A program made the translations under genes and the position numbers. Below, piece after piece: positions 7,360-16,999 of a stretch of DNA of 31,136 bases (position 1 is the stretch's first letter; each line of letters opens with the position of its first letter). Source of the DNA: a virus. Its lineage: Duplodnaviria > Caudoviricetes. The DNA lies in the IMG/VR virus record IMGVR_UViG_3300030392_000403, positions 1 to 31,136 of that record; one strand, written 5' to 3'. The notes below the pieces were generated by a model. It did no database searches. It was not told where the DNA came from and was given only the letters and a program-made list of their open reading frames with translations.

Positions 7360-7611
7360 CTATGAACTAGTTCGTGAAGTTCCAGTAGGTGAGTCCTTCT
7401 TGGGGCCAGCAGCTTTCGTGTTTACGAAGCTGTTGGTCCTAAGTTTTATGTGCGCTAATTGAGTTGAGCTATAACCGCGTCTCTTGTATTCTTTGGCGAT
7501 CTTTGCGATGCCATGCATATGCTGATATGTCAGGGTGTTCCGGGTATATCTTTCACGGATCTCAGCAAGCTCAGTATCAGATAACTTAGTCAGGTCCAGC
7601 AAGTCGCTCAT
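7360..7611 (-). CDS. Hypothetical protein (likely start 7611; ORF track start 7653)
   Basis: ATG overlaps the TGA of the upstream gene (ATGA coupling). Last gene of the late arm. Confidence 0.55.
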   Translation of the reverse strand: MSDLLDLTKLSDTELAEIRERYTRNTLTYQHMHGIAKIAKEYKRRGYSSTQLAHIKLRTNSFVNTKAAGPKKDSPTGTSRTSS

Positions 7612-7808
7612 GCTGCTATAAAGGTCGATGTTGTATTGCCACAGGTCAGACACTTCCCGGTAAGCCGTGAGCTTGTGTTCTTGCTGTTGGTAAATTCACT
7701 GACAGACATCCTGATGACCTTGCGGTGTGCCTTGCAGTGGATGCAGAATACCTCACTGTGTCCGCGCTTCAGACCAGATATAAACATTCTGAGTTTTTCA
7801 AACATCAT
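7608..7808 (-). CDS. Small zinc-ribbon protein (DUF5679-like)
   Basis: FCIHCK...LTGKCLTCG; ATGA-coupled on both sides. Confidence 0.65.
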   Translation of the reverse strand: MMFEKLRMFISGLKRGHSEVFCIHCKAHRKVIRMSVSEFTNSKNTSSRLTGKCLTCGNTTSTFIAA

Positions 7809-7984
7809 TCATTCTCCAAAACTTTGAGGGAAACTCCCCCTAAGAAACCAAATAAACCACCAACAATTGCCGTTACAATTTCAACAGCTTCCATCTTCAT
7901 TCCAACATACATAGCAGTACAACTAAACACTGTCGCACAAATAATCGCACAAAAAATTTGGGGCCTGATTTTACCCAGACTCAT
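7805..7984 (-). CDS. Two-helix membrane protein, holin candidate, 59 aa (not in ORF track)
   Basis: MSLGKIRPQIFCAIICATVFSCTAMYVGMKMEAVEIVTAIVGGLFGFLGGVSLKVLENE, with SD GGAGG upstream and the stop coupled to the next ATG. Confidence 0.6.
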   Translation of the reverse strand: MSLGKIRPQIFCAIICATVFSCTAMYVGMKMEAVEIVTAIVGGLFGFLGGVSLKVLENE

Positions 7985-7999
7985 TATCTTGTCCTCCCC

Positions 8000-8083
8000 T
8001 CAGTCACATTCACAGTGTTTAAATCCCATACGGCTGCACCATTTGCATGAACAGCCCTTGCACATCGCGTCATGCTCGTCCAC
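8000..8083 (-). CDS. Putative 27-aa cysteine-rich peptide
   Basis: GTG start after AAGGAAG. MDEHDAMCKGCSCKWCSRMGFKHCECD has 6 Cys. Confidence 0.35.
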   Translation of the reverse strand: MDEHDAMCKGCSCKWCSRMGFKHCECD

Positions 8084-8166
8084 GGTTCTTCCTTTTAATC
8101 AACAGCAAGGCCCCCAGAAGGCCGAGAGAGGCCATTAACTTTAGTTTAGGGTGTGACACTATAGCA

Positions 8167-9315
8167 TTACTCATTAGTTAGCGTTTCAGATGGTGGCGCA
8201 ATTGTTACTTCAACATTGTCAGATACATTCCAGTTAGCTGCTGTTACACTCTGGTGAATCTTAAACTCCTTAGTACTGAAGCCATTTCCAATTCCTATCT
8301 CATTAAGCTGAATCGTTAATGTTCCGATCTTCATCCGGTCAAACACACACGCCCCGCCTTCAGTATATAAATTACTTAAAGTTAACTTATCAATTTTTCC
8401 GTTGACCCCAGATGAAGGAGCATCTATGTGTATGCGGTCATATGAACCACCCGAAGTTATCATTGCTTCTGCCTGATGATGCCCACCTCCAATTGCTCTC
8501 ATTCTGGAGGTTCCGGGAGTTTGGTTAATTGACTGGCCATTACTGGCATTCCCAACAACGTTAATGGTATGCGCGGTAGTATTATCGAAATACAGATACG
8601 AACACCTCGTTTTCTCAAGAATCATTTCCCCAACCTCTAAGTACGTGCTAGTACCCCCAGATATCACAGTACCGCCAATCAGCACAGCCGTGCTCGTGGC
8701 TGCCGTGCCTGCCGAAGAAGTATGGGCTGATGACGGTATCGCCCCTCCAGTATAGACAGTTCCCACCGATACATTCTCAATTTTTATCTCTCGTACTGGT
8801 ACAACACCCAGCACAATTCGGAGCGTATTATCATCTTTATTATCTTTTCTAAACGCCAGCATTTCTTCAAGGGCAGCAGACGGAGTATCTAATGGTGCGG
8901 CATACACACCCGCATCTCCGTTTGAAAACGACCTGTCCGCAAGGATTGTTTTTTCCACTGCAATACCCGTTCCTACTGTAGAACCAGCAAAAATTAAACC
9001 CAGAGCCATTTGCGGTGACATCCCCATCCAGCGGAGCAGTGAGTATGGTGCTTTTAGTGTGCTGAATAAAGTTCTCCACTTAGTTGATTCTTCATTCAGG
9101 TAGTTAACCTTATCCAGTACCCAGTCCCTGCGCCTGCCCATAGCCCTGTAGAACGCCATAGGTGAGGATCTGATTAGTCTACCCTGTAAGCATAGCAACT
9201 GCCAGATAAACATCAGGACCCTACCGGGACCACGCCAGAACACAAAGGTGATAGCAGTCCAGATAGACAGGATGACAAACTTTATCAATGGTAATGGATT
9301 CAATCTTTTAATCAT
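8167..9315 (-). CDS. Membrane-anchored protein with beta-strand-rich C-terminal domain, function unknown
   Basis: Hydrophobic N-terminal segments followed by a G/T/S/I/V-rich region. Confidence 0.7.
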   Translation of the reverse strand: MIKRLNPLPLIKFVILSIWTAITFVFWRGPGRVLMFIWQLLCLQGRLIRSSPMAFYRAMGRRRDWVLDKVNYLNEESTKWRTLFSTLKAPYSLLRWMGMSPQMALGLIFAGSTVGTGIAVEKTILADRSFSNGDAGVYAAPLDTPSAALEEMLAFRKDNKDDNTLRIVLGVVPVREIKIENVSVGTVYTGGAIPSSAHTSSAGTAATSTAVLIGGTVISGGTSTYLEVGEMILEKTRCSYLYFDNTTAHTINVVGNASNGQSINQTPGTSRMRAIGGGHHQAEAMITSGGSYDRIHIDAPSSGVNGKIDKLTLSNLYTEGGACVFDRMKIGTLTIQLNEIGIGNGFSTKEFKIHQSVTAANWNVSDNVEVTIAPPSETLTNE

Positions 9316-9566
9316 TAATCAGCATCCCCTCCTGCAACTCCTATCGATCCAGATAACCGTCTCTCGACACGGTCAAATCTACGCTCTACATAAGAGCATC
9401 TGTCCCGGTAGACACGGTTCCAGTCAGCCCACCGTTCCCTGCTGTCTCTCTCCATCCTTGATACCTGCTCGGTCAGCTTGCCAAATCGTACTGCAAAGCC
9501 CAGCATTGCCAGGCCCAGCACAACAGATCCCCCTATGACAGAGGCAACTATTGTTGTATCCATCAT
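9315..9566 (-). CDS. Single-TM plus coiled-coil protein (holin/lysis accessory candidate)
   Basis: N-terminal hydrophobic helix and charged helical C-terminus; downstream of the tail fibre. Confidence 0.55.
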   Translation of the reverse strand: MMDTTIVASVIGGSVVLGLAMLGFAVRFGKLTEQVSRMERDSRERWADWNRVYRDRCSYVERRFDRVERRLSGSIGVAGGDAD

Positions 9567-9820
9567 CAGCTTGCGGCTGTAAATGTCTTTGCAGTATAGC
9601 TTGTTTCTGATTCAAGTTGCCTGTTAGCGTAGCTGACCAGTTCAGTAGCCCACTTGTTTATAGCGTATACCTGCCAGTTAGCGTCAACTGATAAATCAGA
9701 TGCAGTATATGTACCACCGACATATGACTTGATCTTGGTTCTGGTGGCTGAATCCAGAGTTACGCTCTTGGTTACTCCACCTTCAACTGCGATTGATAAT
9801 GTAACATCTCCTGATGCCAT
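9566..9820 (-). CDS. Hypothetical protein, possible tail fibre accessory
   Basis: 84 aa, coupled to the tail fibre stop. Confidence 0.6.
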   Translation of the reverse strand: MASGDVTLSIAVEGGVTKSVTLDSATRTKIKSYVGGTYTASDLSVDANWQVYAINKWATELVSYANRQLESETSYTAKTFTAAS

Positions 9821-12800
9821 TATTTAACTCCTTCCAGTGCCAGAATTTTCCCCTCTAGTTCGATCACACGTTCCTGTAATTCCTGCTGCCTTACATAGCC
9901 CTGCCAGATTGCGCCATTGTGCAGCCTCTGTAGTTGGGTCACGTTGGTCATTCCACCCTCTGCAACGGGTGCGCCCAACACCTTTGCGTCTATGAGAGCC
10001 TGTTCGTTATACTGGACATAATCATCCCAACGGTCTCGTATAACATCACCCTTAACTTGGTCAAGCGCACGTACCATCTGTGCGTCATCATACTCGTCAA
10101 AGGTCTGGGCCGATGTCACTGTGTATATGTCGCCTTCCACGTTAACTCCGACTCTGGTGCTGATAGCCCCTCCAGTGTATGCCCGTATTGAGAAAACATT
10201 GCCGTCTGCTGCTACGTCCTCCAGAGCATTTGAGTTATTATGAGCATACATATCAAAGGTCGTGGAGCCAATCATGCCAGAGGTAGTCGTGGCAGTAGAA
10301 CCATGTGAACTGTAAACCTGTACGTCTAAGCCTCGTACCCCTCCCGCTTTGTAAGCTATACACCTCATAGTAACTCCACCGTAATCCTGATTGCTTGCAT
10401 TCTTAGTGATCGAAAAGTAATCATCAGTTTCAGCGGTAGCACCTACTACACTACTAGTAAGACCATGATTCCCACCCTGTGTATCTGATGTCTTTAGTGT
10501 GAGTGCATTGTCATTAGCCGTACCCTGATTAATTGTCAGCCCTAGAGTTGACTGGGCATTTGCGCTGTCTCCTATATACACACTTTCGGCAAACTGGGTA
10601 AATCCGTCAGCCACGTTAAGCGCAAGCGCATCGTTAGTACCTGTAATAACCAGCTTTTCATCAGAGGAATCCCAGAACAGGTGATCCCCGGACGTAGCGG
10701 AGTAGAAGTAAACATCTTCTCCAGACCCGTCAGTTCCAAATCCTACGGTACTGCCATCAGATGTAATTGTATCTAAGGCTATGCTGCCTACATTGGTAAT
10801 ATTTGCGTCATTGAATGAAGTAGCACCAAAAGTATTTGACGCAGCAGTGGATGTGATTCCTGCCGCAGCCGTGATCCCTCCACCATCCGCTATAGTTATG
10901 GCTAGATCGCCATCACTGTAGTCAATGGTACGAATCTGCATACTTCCTGTTGAAGTTAATGTATTAGAACCAAGGTCAACGGCAGCAGCAAGTGATAGTC
11001 CTGTCGAGTCAGTAATAACACCATCAGTTATTACAGTGTCTCCTACAGTAAAGTCAGTGCTGGCATCTATTGTTGAGCCTGTAAGAGCAGCCCCTGCAAG
11101 AAGTACCTGCGTACCTTCAACAGTAATTGCCCCTGATCCTGACCTGGCAATAGTGGTATCACTAGCATGACCAAGTTCTATTCCAGTAAACTGAGGGCTA
11201 TTTCCTGTACCTACACCTATAGAAGTCCTAAGAGTCGCACCGCTTTCTGCTACAGGGGCAGTAGTTCCATCACCTACTATCATTTCACCGTCAGCAAGTA
11301 CAGCCATAGCCGTGACTGCACTTGTGCCAGAGCCTAGAAGTACACCGCCATCAGTTAAGCTGGATGCCCCAGTGCCTCCATGTGCAACGGCAACATCTGT
11401 ACCTTCCCACACACCAGCGGAAATAGTTCCCAGTGTAGTTATAAGGCTGCCTGTTACGACGTTGGTTCCACCTATCGTAACGGCATCGGCTTCCAGTGTT
11501 CCGTTTATGTAGGCATCTTTGAACTGGTAGCTGGATGATCCAAGGTCAATATCATTATCAGTTGTTGGAAGAATAGCTCCGTCAATAACACTTAACTGTG
11601 CCGTACCAGCGATCTTAAATATAGCCCCTGCTGCATCGGCAGCATCAATAACAATCTCACCATCTGCATCTATGTTGACATCGGCTGCTGTACCAGCAGC
11701 ATCCACGGTAGTAACATTTAATATGCCATGAGTAGCACCAGCTATTGTTACTGTATCACTGGCACTTGGGGTCATTACTATTGAGTCATCGGTAATTACA
11801 GTGCTTCCTACAGTGAAGTCAGTAGTTGCATCCACAGTCCCTGCAAACGTGACGTTGGCTCCAGAGAATGTAGCTGCTGTAGTACCAGAGGAACTGGATT
11901 TGATAAGAAGCTCCCCGCTGTTATTGTTTAGAGTTCCAAAGAGAGTCCCATCATCCTTGAGGAATATATCGGCCCCGCCAGCATCTAGAATAATATCCGT
12001 TCCTGCGTCTAACTCTATGCCTCCAGCATCAGATAGAAGTTCGATAGAGCCAGTGCCAGTTCCTTGATCTGCGTGGAGTACGATAGTTTCGGATGTACCG
12101 CCATCAGCAGTCAGGAGAATAGCATTCGCACCGTTCAGCCCTGACTTGATGTTGATGCCACCTACATCACTCAATAGCTGTATGGATGCAGAACCTTCTG
12201 TAGCTGTTGTGCCTGTATCGTTAAACAGGGTCATACTGGAAGTAGTGCCACCGTCTACTGTTATGTTAACGGCATTAGCTAAGTTGGCTGTGGAACGAAT
12301 CCCTACTCCTCCGGCATCTGAGAGTATATTTATAGACTCAGCACCCTCGGTAACAGATGTTCCTTGGTCTGCATGTATCTTGATAGTTCCGCTTGTACCT
12401 GCATTCTCTCGCAGATAGATAGCAGCAGCAGCGTCGTTGGTAGATAGAAGATCTATATCCCCTGATGATGCAATATCGAAGTCGGTTACATCAAAATCCG
12501 CAGTGCCATTCACATCTAATGTAGTAGTAACAGTCAGGATTCCTCCTACAGTTACCGTAGATGCCGCTGCATTGGCCCCGTTTGTGACCGTTAGATAGTC
12601 TATGATCGTACCAGCAACGGCCTTGTCAGAGCCTATAGCCAGCGTGTCTGACGCTGAAGCCTGTATTCTCCAGCCATCACCAGCGTCATCTGCCTGATCT
12701 GCAAAGAGATATATCGGGGCTGCCGCACCCTCTACACCACGAACCTTGAGTGATGCCGTGTCTACACCCTTGGTGGTGATCTCGTCAGACCAGAGGATGT

Positions 12801-13008
12801 ACCTTACGCTAGTACCTGATGTGATCTTTATATCGTAAGTGGCATCCAGGCTGTCCTCAGTAAATGACCATGCCCCGTTAGGATCCGAGGTGGTAGTTGC
12901 TTCCTGTGTTGAGGTCCCTGTTTCCAGCAGTGCGACAGTTGCACCATTTACTGCATCACCATCGTCCTGGTAAATTTTTCCGCTTAGTACAATATCTGTT
13001 ATAGCCAT
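9820..13008 (-). CDS. Tail fibre protein
   Basis: 1062 aa, G/T/A/D/S-rich with internal repeats, a VAHGGTGAS fibre motif, an Ig/carboxypeptidase-regulatory-like N-terminus and a C-terminal coiled coil. Confidence 0.8.
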   Translation of the reverse strand: MAITDIVLSGKIYQDDGDAVNGATVALLETGTSTQEATTTSDPNGAWSFTEDSLDATYDIKITSGTSVRYILWSDEITTKGVDTASLKVRGVEGAAAPIYLFADQADDAGDGWRIQASASDTLAIGSDKAVAGTIIDYLTVTNGANAAASTVTVGGILTVTTTLDVNGTADFDVTDFDIASSGDIDLLSTNDAAAAIYLRENAGTSGTIKIHADQGTSVTEGAESINILSDAGGVGIRSTANLANAVNITVDGGTTSSMTLFNDTGTTATEGSASIQLLSDVGGINIKSGLNGANAILLTADGGTSETIVLHADQGTGTGSIELLSDAGGIELDAGTDIILDAGGADIFLKDDGTLFGTLNNNSGELLIKSSSSGTTAATFSGANVTFAGTVDATTDFTVGSTVITDDSIVMTPSASDTVTIAGATHGILNVTTVDAAGTAADVNIDADGEIVIDAADAAGAIFKIAGTAQLSVIDGAILPTTDNDIDLGSSSYQFKDAYINGTLEADAVTIGGTNVVTGSLITTLGTISAGVWEGTDVAVAHGGTGASSLTDGGVLLGSGTSAVTAMAVLADGEMIVGDGTTAPVAESGATLRTSIGVGTGNSPQFTGIELGHASDTTIARSGSGAITVEGTQVLLAGAALTGSTIDASTDFTVGDTVITDGVITDSTGLSLAAAVDLGSNTLTSTGSMQIRTIDYSDGDLAITIADGGGITAAAGITSTAASNTFGATSFNDANITNVGSIALDTITSDGSTVGFGTDGSGEDVYFYSATSGDHLFWDSSDEKLVITGTNDALALNVADGFTQFAESVYIGDSANAQSTLGLTINQGTANDNALTLKTSDTQGGNHGLTSSVVGATAETDDYFSITKNASNQDYGGVTMRCIAYKAGGVRGLDVQVYSSHGSTATTTSGMIGSTTFDMYAHNNSNALEDVAADGNVFSIRAYTGGAISTRVGVNVEGDIYTVTSAQTFDEYDDAQMVRALDQVKGDVIRDRWDDYVQYNEQALIDAKVLGAPVAEGGMTNVTQLQRLHNGAIWQGYVRQQELQERVIELEGKILALEGVK

Positions 13009-13012
13009 TTAG

Positions 13013-13396
13013 TTACTCCCATGAATGATCCCGATACTGTAATGCTTCCGATATCAACCAATCAGGATCTTGCATCAGCTTGTCATGGTCAAGCACGATA
13101 AGTGTCTTGCCATATCCCGCAAGCTGTGCCTTGTTTAGGATATCACGAGCGTGTGTAGATATCCCACTAGGATGAGCATAGAACCCTTCTTGTACTTGCA
13201 TAGCAAGATCTGGAGGATTGGAAAATAAAAAATCTATCTCCATATCCATGTCCATCCTACGGCCCTGAGTGGGCGGTTGATAGGTAAAATCCACACCGTG
13301 ACGCTTGCCTTGTTTCAAAATAGATTCAAATGCAATAAAGGCCGCATCACTTCCGGGCCAGTCTGCTGGAACCCTGGACTGTTGCTGGGTAGTCAT
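13013..13396 (-). CDS. Vsr/DUF559-like endonuclease-fold protein
   Basis: IDF...LAMQVQEGFYAH...RD...AQLAGYG..LIVL resembles the D..(E/Q)xxGxxxH..RD..L..G pattern. Confidence 0.5.
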   Translation of the reverse strand: MTTQQQSRVPADWPGSDAAFIAFESILKQGKRHGVDFTYQPPTQGRRMDMDMEIDFLFSNPPDLAMQVQEGFYAHPSGISTHARDILNKAQLAGYGKTLIVLDHDKLMQDPDWLISEALQYRDHSWE

Positions 13397-13689
13397 TAAC
13401 CCTCCAGTACGACGGCCCAGGATACCTTATCCCCGCTTGAAGCAGCATTAACATAGACACTGCTGAATGCGATAGAGCCTCCGAGTTCTCTAAAGCTGAT
13501 TTCTATCTCGTTACCTGCTGATAATTCATATCCGTTTGTAGCAGACACATCACTCACACCCAGATAAGAAATACCTGAGTTGGCAGCCAGTGCCTTGGCC
13601 TTGATCCAAAGCACCCTGTTGGCAACATTTGCCAGTTGCACAGCAGTGCCAGCAGAACTAACTGTAGTCGTACCTGCATCAAGTATCAT
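13396..13689 (-). CDS. Small beta-rich virion-associated protein
   Basis: 97 aa, beta-strand composition, within the tail module. Confidence 0.6.
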   Translation of the reverse strand: MILDAGTTTVSSAGTAVQLANVANRVLWIKAKALAANSGISYLGVSDVSATNGYELSAGNEIEISFRELGGSIAFSSVYVNAASSGDKVSWAVVLEG

Positions 13690-15611
13690 GGTTCCACCAG
13701 GTTAATCTGGCTAATGCCCCGCTCATCGTAACCCGTATATTCCAGTCCAGTTGCTGAAGATATATCCACATAGAAGTTTCGAGTGCCTCCGCTGTCATCC
13801 CTGAACGTGAACTCAACCAGTGTTGTACTCTCTACGGCAGATAACAGGGCAGATCGAAGTTCCTTCGGAGTGTTGCCCTTGTACTCCTTGTTCAGATCCA
13901 GAGATACCTGATGCCCCCACTTACTGGGTAGCTTCTTTCTCCACTCAAGTGTAAGAGAAACCACATCAGGAGTTTTCTTCTTGTAATTATCAGTGTCGGT
14001 ATTCGTAGTACGTTCCAGTTCCAGCTTAAACTTAATGGCCCTGAAAGCAGTCCCGGCAGAGGAGCCGAATGTATAGGTAGTCATTCCGTCTGATGTAATC
14101 TCTCCCATAGAGGTATAGGCCGATTCACTGTAATCCGTTGCATAGGAAACAGTTACCTTTTCCGTTGAAGAAGCATCCTGTACTTCTACTTTTAGTTTCA
14201 ACGCCAGCTTATCAACCTCACTCTGCCCTGCATTAAACCAGGGAGTCTCATGTACACCACTGGCCTTGTACTCAAAGTCTGATACGAAACTGGGATTGAT
14301 GATGTCGGATGGAATCTTCATAAACTTTATCTCGCCATTGAATCCCCACCACAGACGATACTCATCATAGGCATTACTCACGAGTATGTGCTGAAGACTC
14401 TTGCCGGAAGAAGCTGCAATCCACTTGGTTTCCCAGCCTACATCATTGTATCCAAGTATTGATGAATACCCTGAATCACCATCTATAACAGGAGATCCGT
14501 GATGGCTCTGCCACTGGAATGGTATTGAACTGGAGGATGATATGTTAGGAGCCGTAGCTGAATCCAGGCCCGCGAACAATTCGTTATGAGAACCAGACAT
14601 GTATTTGATCGTGCCTCGTTTATCCTGCGGCAATCCGTCATCACGATCAGGTCCCGTAACGATCAGGACCGCACCAGCAGCCTGGTTAACATACTTGTAC
14701 AGCCCCAGTCCGGCAGGCATATAGATGGAATCACGCCACCTGATAGTTCCGCTACCAGCAAATGGATGGTGAGGAAGGGTTAGTTCAGTCTGTATAAACC
14801 TAGCATTGGCAGCATCGTGTGCGAAAAGCCCCTTCGTGGTAGCTGCATATAGTATCGGCTCACCACCTGCGTCTCTAGCCACAAATAAGCCTGTGACTGA
14901 TCCCGCAGGCAGAGGCAGCTTGGCATCATTAACCTCAGTACCAGCTACTATTGAGTACCACAACTGTCCTGCATAGCTTATACCCCAGAGTCGGTCATCC
15001 CATACGGCAACATACTGGGTATCGGTAGCGTCTGATGTCCATGTAGATCCGTCAAATCGGGTGTACCCGGAACCGTTGGCATCATAGTGGGCAAATATTA
15101 AGAATGTTTCAGCAGCAAGGGTACGCCATGTTACGGTGTCAGTCACACGGTCAGCAGGAGTGGCTAACGCTGATCCCCATGCGTCTGAAGTGTTGTTGTA
15201 CTTATATATCTTGGCAGCCTCTGAGACACTGCCGTTCCAGGCTACATATATCTCTCCGCTTAATTCTCCGATAGCCCCTATAGTAGGGCCTGTCAGACTG
15301 GTTGAAGAGGCATTGGCTGCTGCATCGTTGTCCAGACCCGGAAGAATAAGGTGATTCTTGTAGCGTAACTGGCAGGTAGACCACCATGCACGGTTAACAT
15401 CACCACCGGATTCCATACGGTTTACACCGATACCGCCTCGCCAGTCAGACCAGGCTATGATGGATGTGCGTGTCTGGCTATCCTTGGTAGTATCACCAAT
15501 AACTACCTTACTTGGATATATACTGGCAAGAACGCTTTGAACAGGCTTAACCAGGGGATAGTAAACCCCGTTGAGGCTAATCTCGTTTGCAGTCTCTACC
15601 TTCGCAACCAC
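13686..15611 (-). CDS. Putative tail nozzle / tail tubular protein B (head stabilisation-like)
   Basis: 641 aa, with an SDWRGGIG N-terminal motif and beta-propeller-like W/D/G-rich strands; follows the adaptor. Confidence 0.6.
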   Translation of the reverse strand: MVAKVETANEISLNGVYYPLVKPVQSVLASIYPSKVVIGDTTKDSQTRTSIIAWSDWRGGIGVNRMESGGDVNRAWWSTCQLRYKNHLILPGLDNDAAANASSTSLTGPTIGAIGELSGEIYVAWNGSVSEAAKIYKYNNTSDAWGSALATPADRVTDTVTWRTLAAETFLIFAHYDANGSGYTRFDGSTWTSDATDTQYVAVWDDRLWGISYAGQLWYSIVAGTEVNDAKLPLPAGSVTGLFVARDAGGEPILYAATTKGLFAHDAANARFIQTELTLPHHPFAGSGTIRWRDSIYMPAGLGLYKYVNQAAGAVLIVTGPDRDDGLPQDKRGTIKYMSGSHNELFAGLDSATAPNISSSSSIPFQWQSHHGSPVIDGDSGYSSILGYNDVGWETKWIAASSGKSLQHILVSNAYDEYRLWWGFNGEIKFMKIPSDIINPSFVSDFEYKASGVHETPWFNAGQSEVDKLALKLKVEVQDASSTEKVTVSYATDYSESAYTSMGEITSDGMTTYTFGSSAGTAFRAIKFKLELERTTNTDTDNYKKKTPDVVSLTLEWRKKLPSKWGHQVSLDLNKEYKGNTPKELRSALLSAVESTTLVEFTFRDDSGGTRNFYVDISSATGLEYTGYDERGISQINLVEP

Positions 15612-16873
15612 TATTCCACCAATCTAACATTAGTCAGTAAAGGAAATGCTCTTCTGGCAGAAGCTGCCATGCCCATCCAGAACCCGGCCTTGTTATTCTT
15701 GGCATCTACATCTGTGGCTGGGCCTCCAGCCGTTGAAGCTAATGCGAGAGCAGTTGCCCTGGCTATAATGTACTGTTCATCTATCTCTGGTGACGTACTG
15801 TCTGATGACAGTAAGGCAGGTTTATCTCCACCGACTATCTTAAACAGGTTGTACCGGGCTACTCCGCGAGAGTAGCTGTCAAGGATAATATCCTTTGCTT
15901 CTTTGTCTATACGCCAGAGATTTCTGGGAACCTTAACCCAGGCAGCGGAGTCGTTTTTAACTACACTGATATCATCAAGCCATACGGTACATGCCCCAAG
16001 ATCTGAATCATACTCCAGCCCCACAGAAATGATAGCTGTGTCAGTTTCAGGATTGGCTAGAGCTACACGGCAGAATGTCCACGTATCAGCACTAAGGGCT
16101 GGCACATTCAACGTCTCAATGGGAGACGCACAACTGGCACTGTCATCCAAAAGTATCTTTAGATTGCCAGCCGATGTAGCAACTGTGGACTTGATCCAGA
16201 ATTCTATATAGTCATACCCTGAAATGTCTGTACTGGTTATAGAGTCCGTTGCCAGATCACCGGCACTGGCCCCGACAGCAATAACAAACTTGCAACTCTG
16301 TGTCCCCTGCTTCTTATCTTCTGTATCCAGAGATACCGTGATGTCAGAATCTACAGTTTCATCAAAAGCTGCGGCACATGCATGAAGTCTCTTGGACTTA
16401 ACCTTGTCCCGGTAATAGATATCCTTAATCATGGACAGGCCACTGGGTATATCGTAACGAAGAGTAGCCCCGTCAGTGTGCAGATCCAGCTTTTCCACGG
16501 GATCAAATGCATGGCCCGTGGCATCAAGTATAGACTGGTTTATAAACTCGTTTATTGCAGTGGGATTGTAGACATCATCCCATAACTCGTAAGTATCACT
16601 GGTAGCTGAACTTGCAGCTACAGCAGGAGATACTGTCATGGTAGTGGTACTGGCTACATAATCAGATACTCGTGTAGTTTGTCCTGAAGTACCATCCGCA
16701 TCATTGAATATGACCCATTTACCGTTGTGGTTATCGTCTCCACCAACAAGGGTATTGTCTACTACGGTTGTAGTTGATCCATTAGAGGAAGCTGAAGACA
16801 CATATATTGCTCCCAGGTTGTAGCCGATACTTTGCCGCAACTGCGCCCGTGTACGTCCCTGTAATACAGCCAT
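15611..16873 (-). CDS. Putative head-tail adaptor (tail tubular protein A-like) with inserted beta-sandwich domain
   Basis: TRAQLRQ, INEFINQ, YDIPSG and YIIARATALAL helices typical of podovirus adaptors; position after the capsid genes. Confidence 0.55.
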   Translation of the reverse strand: MAVLQGRTRAQLRQSIGYNLGAIYVSSASSNGSTTTVVDNTLVGGDDNHNGKWVIFNDADGTSGQTTRVSDYVASTTTMTVSPAVAASSATSDTYELWDDVYNPTAINEFINQSILDATGHAFDPVEKLDLHTDGATLRYDIPSGLSMIKDIYYRDKVKSKRLHACAAAFDETVDSDITVSLDTEDKKQGTQSCKFVIAVGASAGDLATDSITSTDISGYDYIEFWIKSTVATSAGNLKILLDDSASCASPIETLNVPALSADTWTFCRVALANPETDTAIISVGLEYDSDLGACTVWLDDISVVKNDSAAWVKVPRNLWRIDKEAKDIILDSYSRGVARYNLFKIVGGDKPALLSSDSTSPEIDEQYIIARATALALASTAGGPATDVDAKNNKAGFWMGMAASARRAFPLLTNVRLVE

Positions 16874-16885
16874 ATCCTACGCATC

Positions 16886-16996
16886 CTAGTATCTTTTAGA
16901 GCTACGCATCTTCTTACCAGTCTTCTTTGCATAAGAAGCAGCAGCCTTTTTACCCTTTTTCGTGTATGAAAATTTCTTCTTACCTACTTTAGGCAT
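16886..16996 (-). CDS. Small Lys-rich basic peptide, 36 aa (not in ORF track)
   Basis: MPKVGKKKFSYTKKGKKAAASYAKKTGKKMRSSKRY; SD GGAG upstream; fills the intergenic gap. Confidence 0.65.
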   Translation of the reverse strand: MPKVGKKKFSYTKKGKKAAASYAKKTGKKMRSSKRY

Positions 16997-16999
16997 GTC

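Noticed and set aside
7725-8138. 137-aa + strand ORF
   Set aside because: It is the antisense shadow of better-supported, translationally coupled - strand genes.
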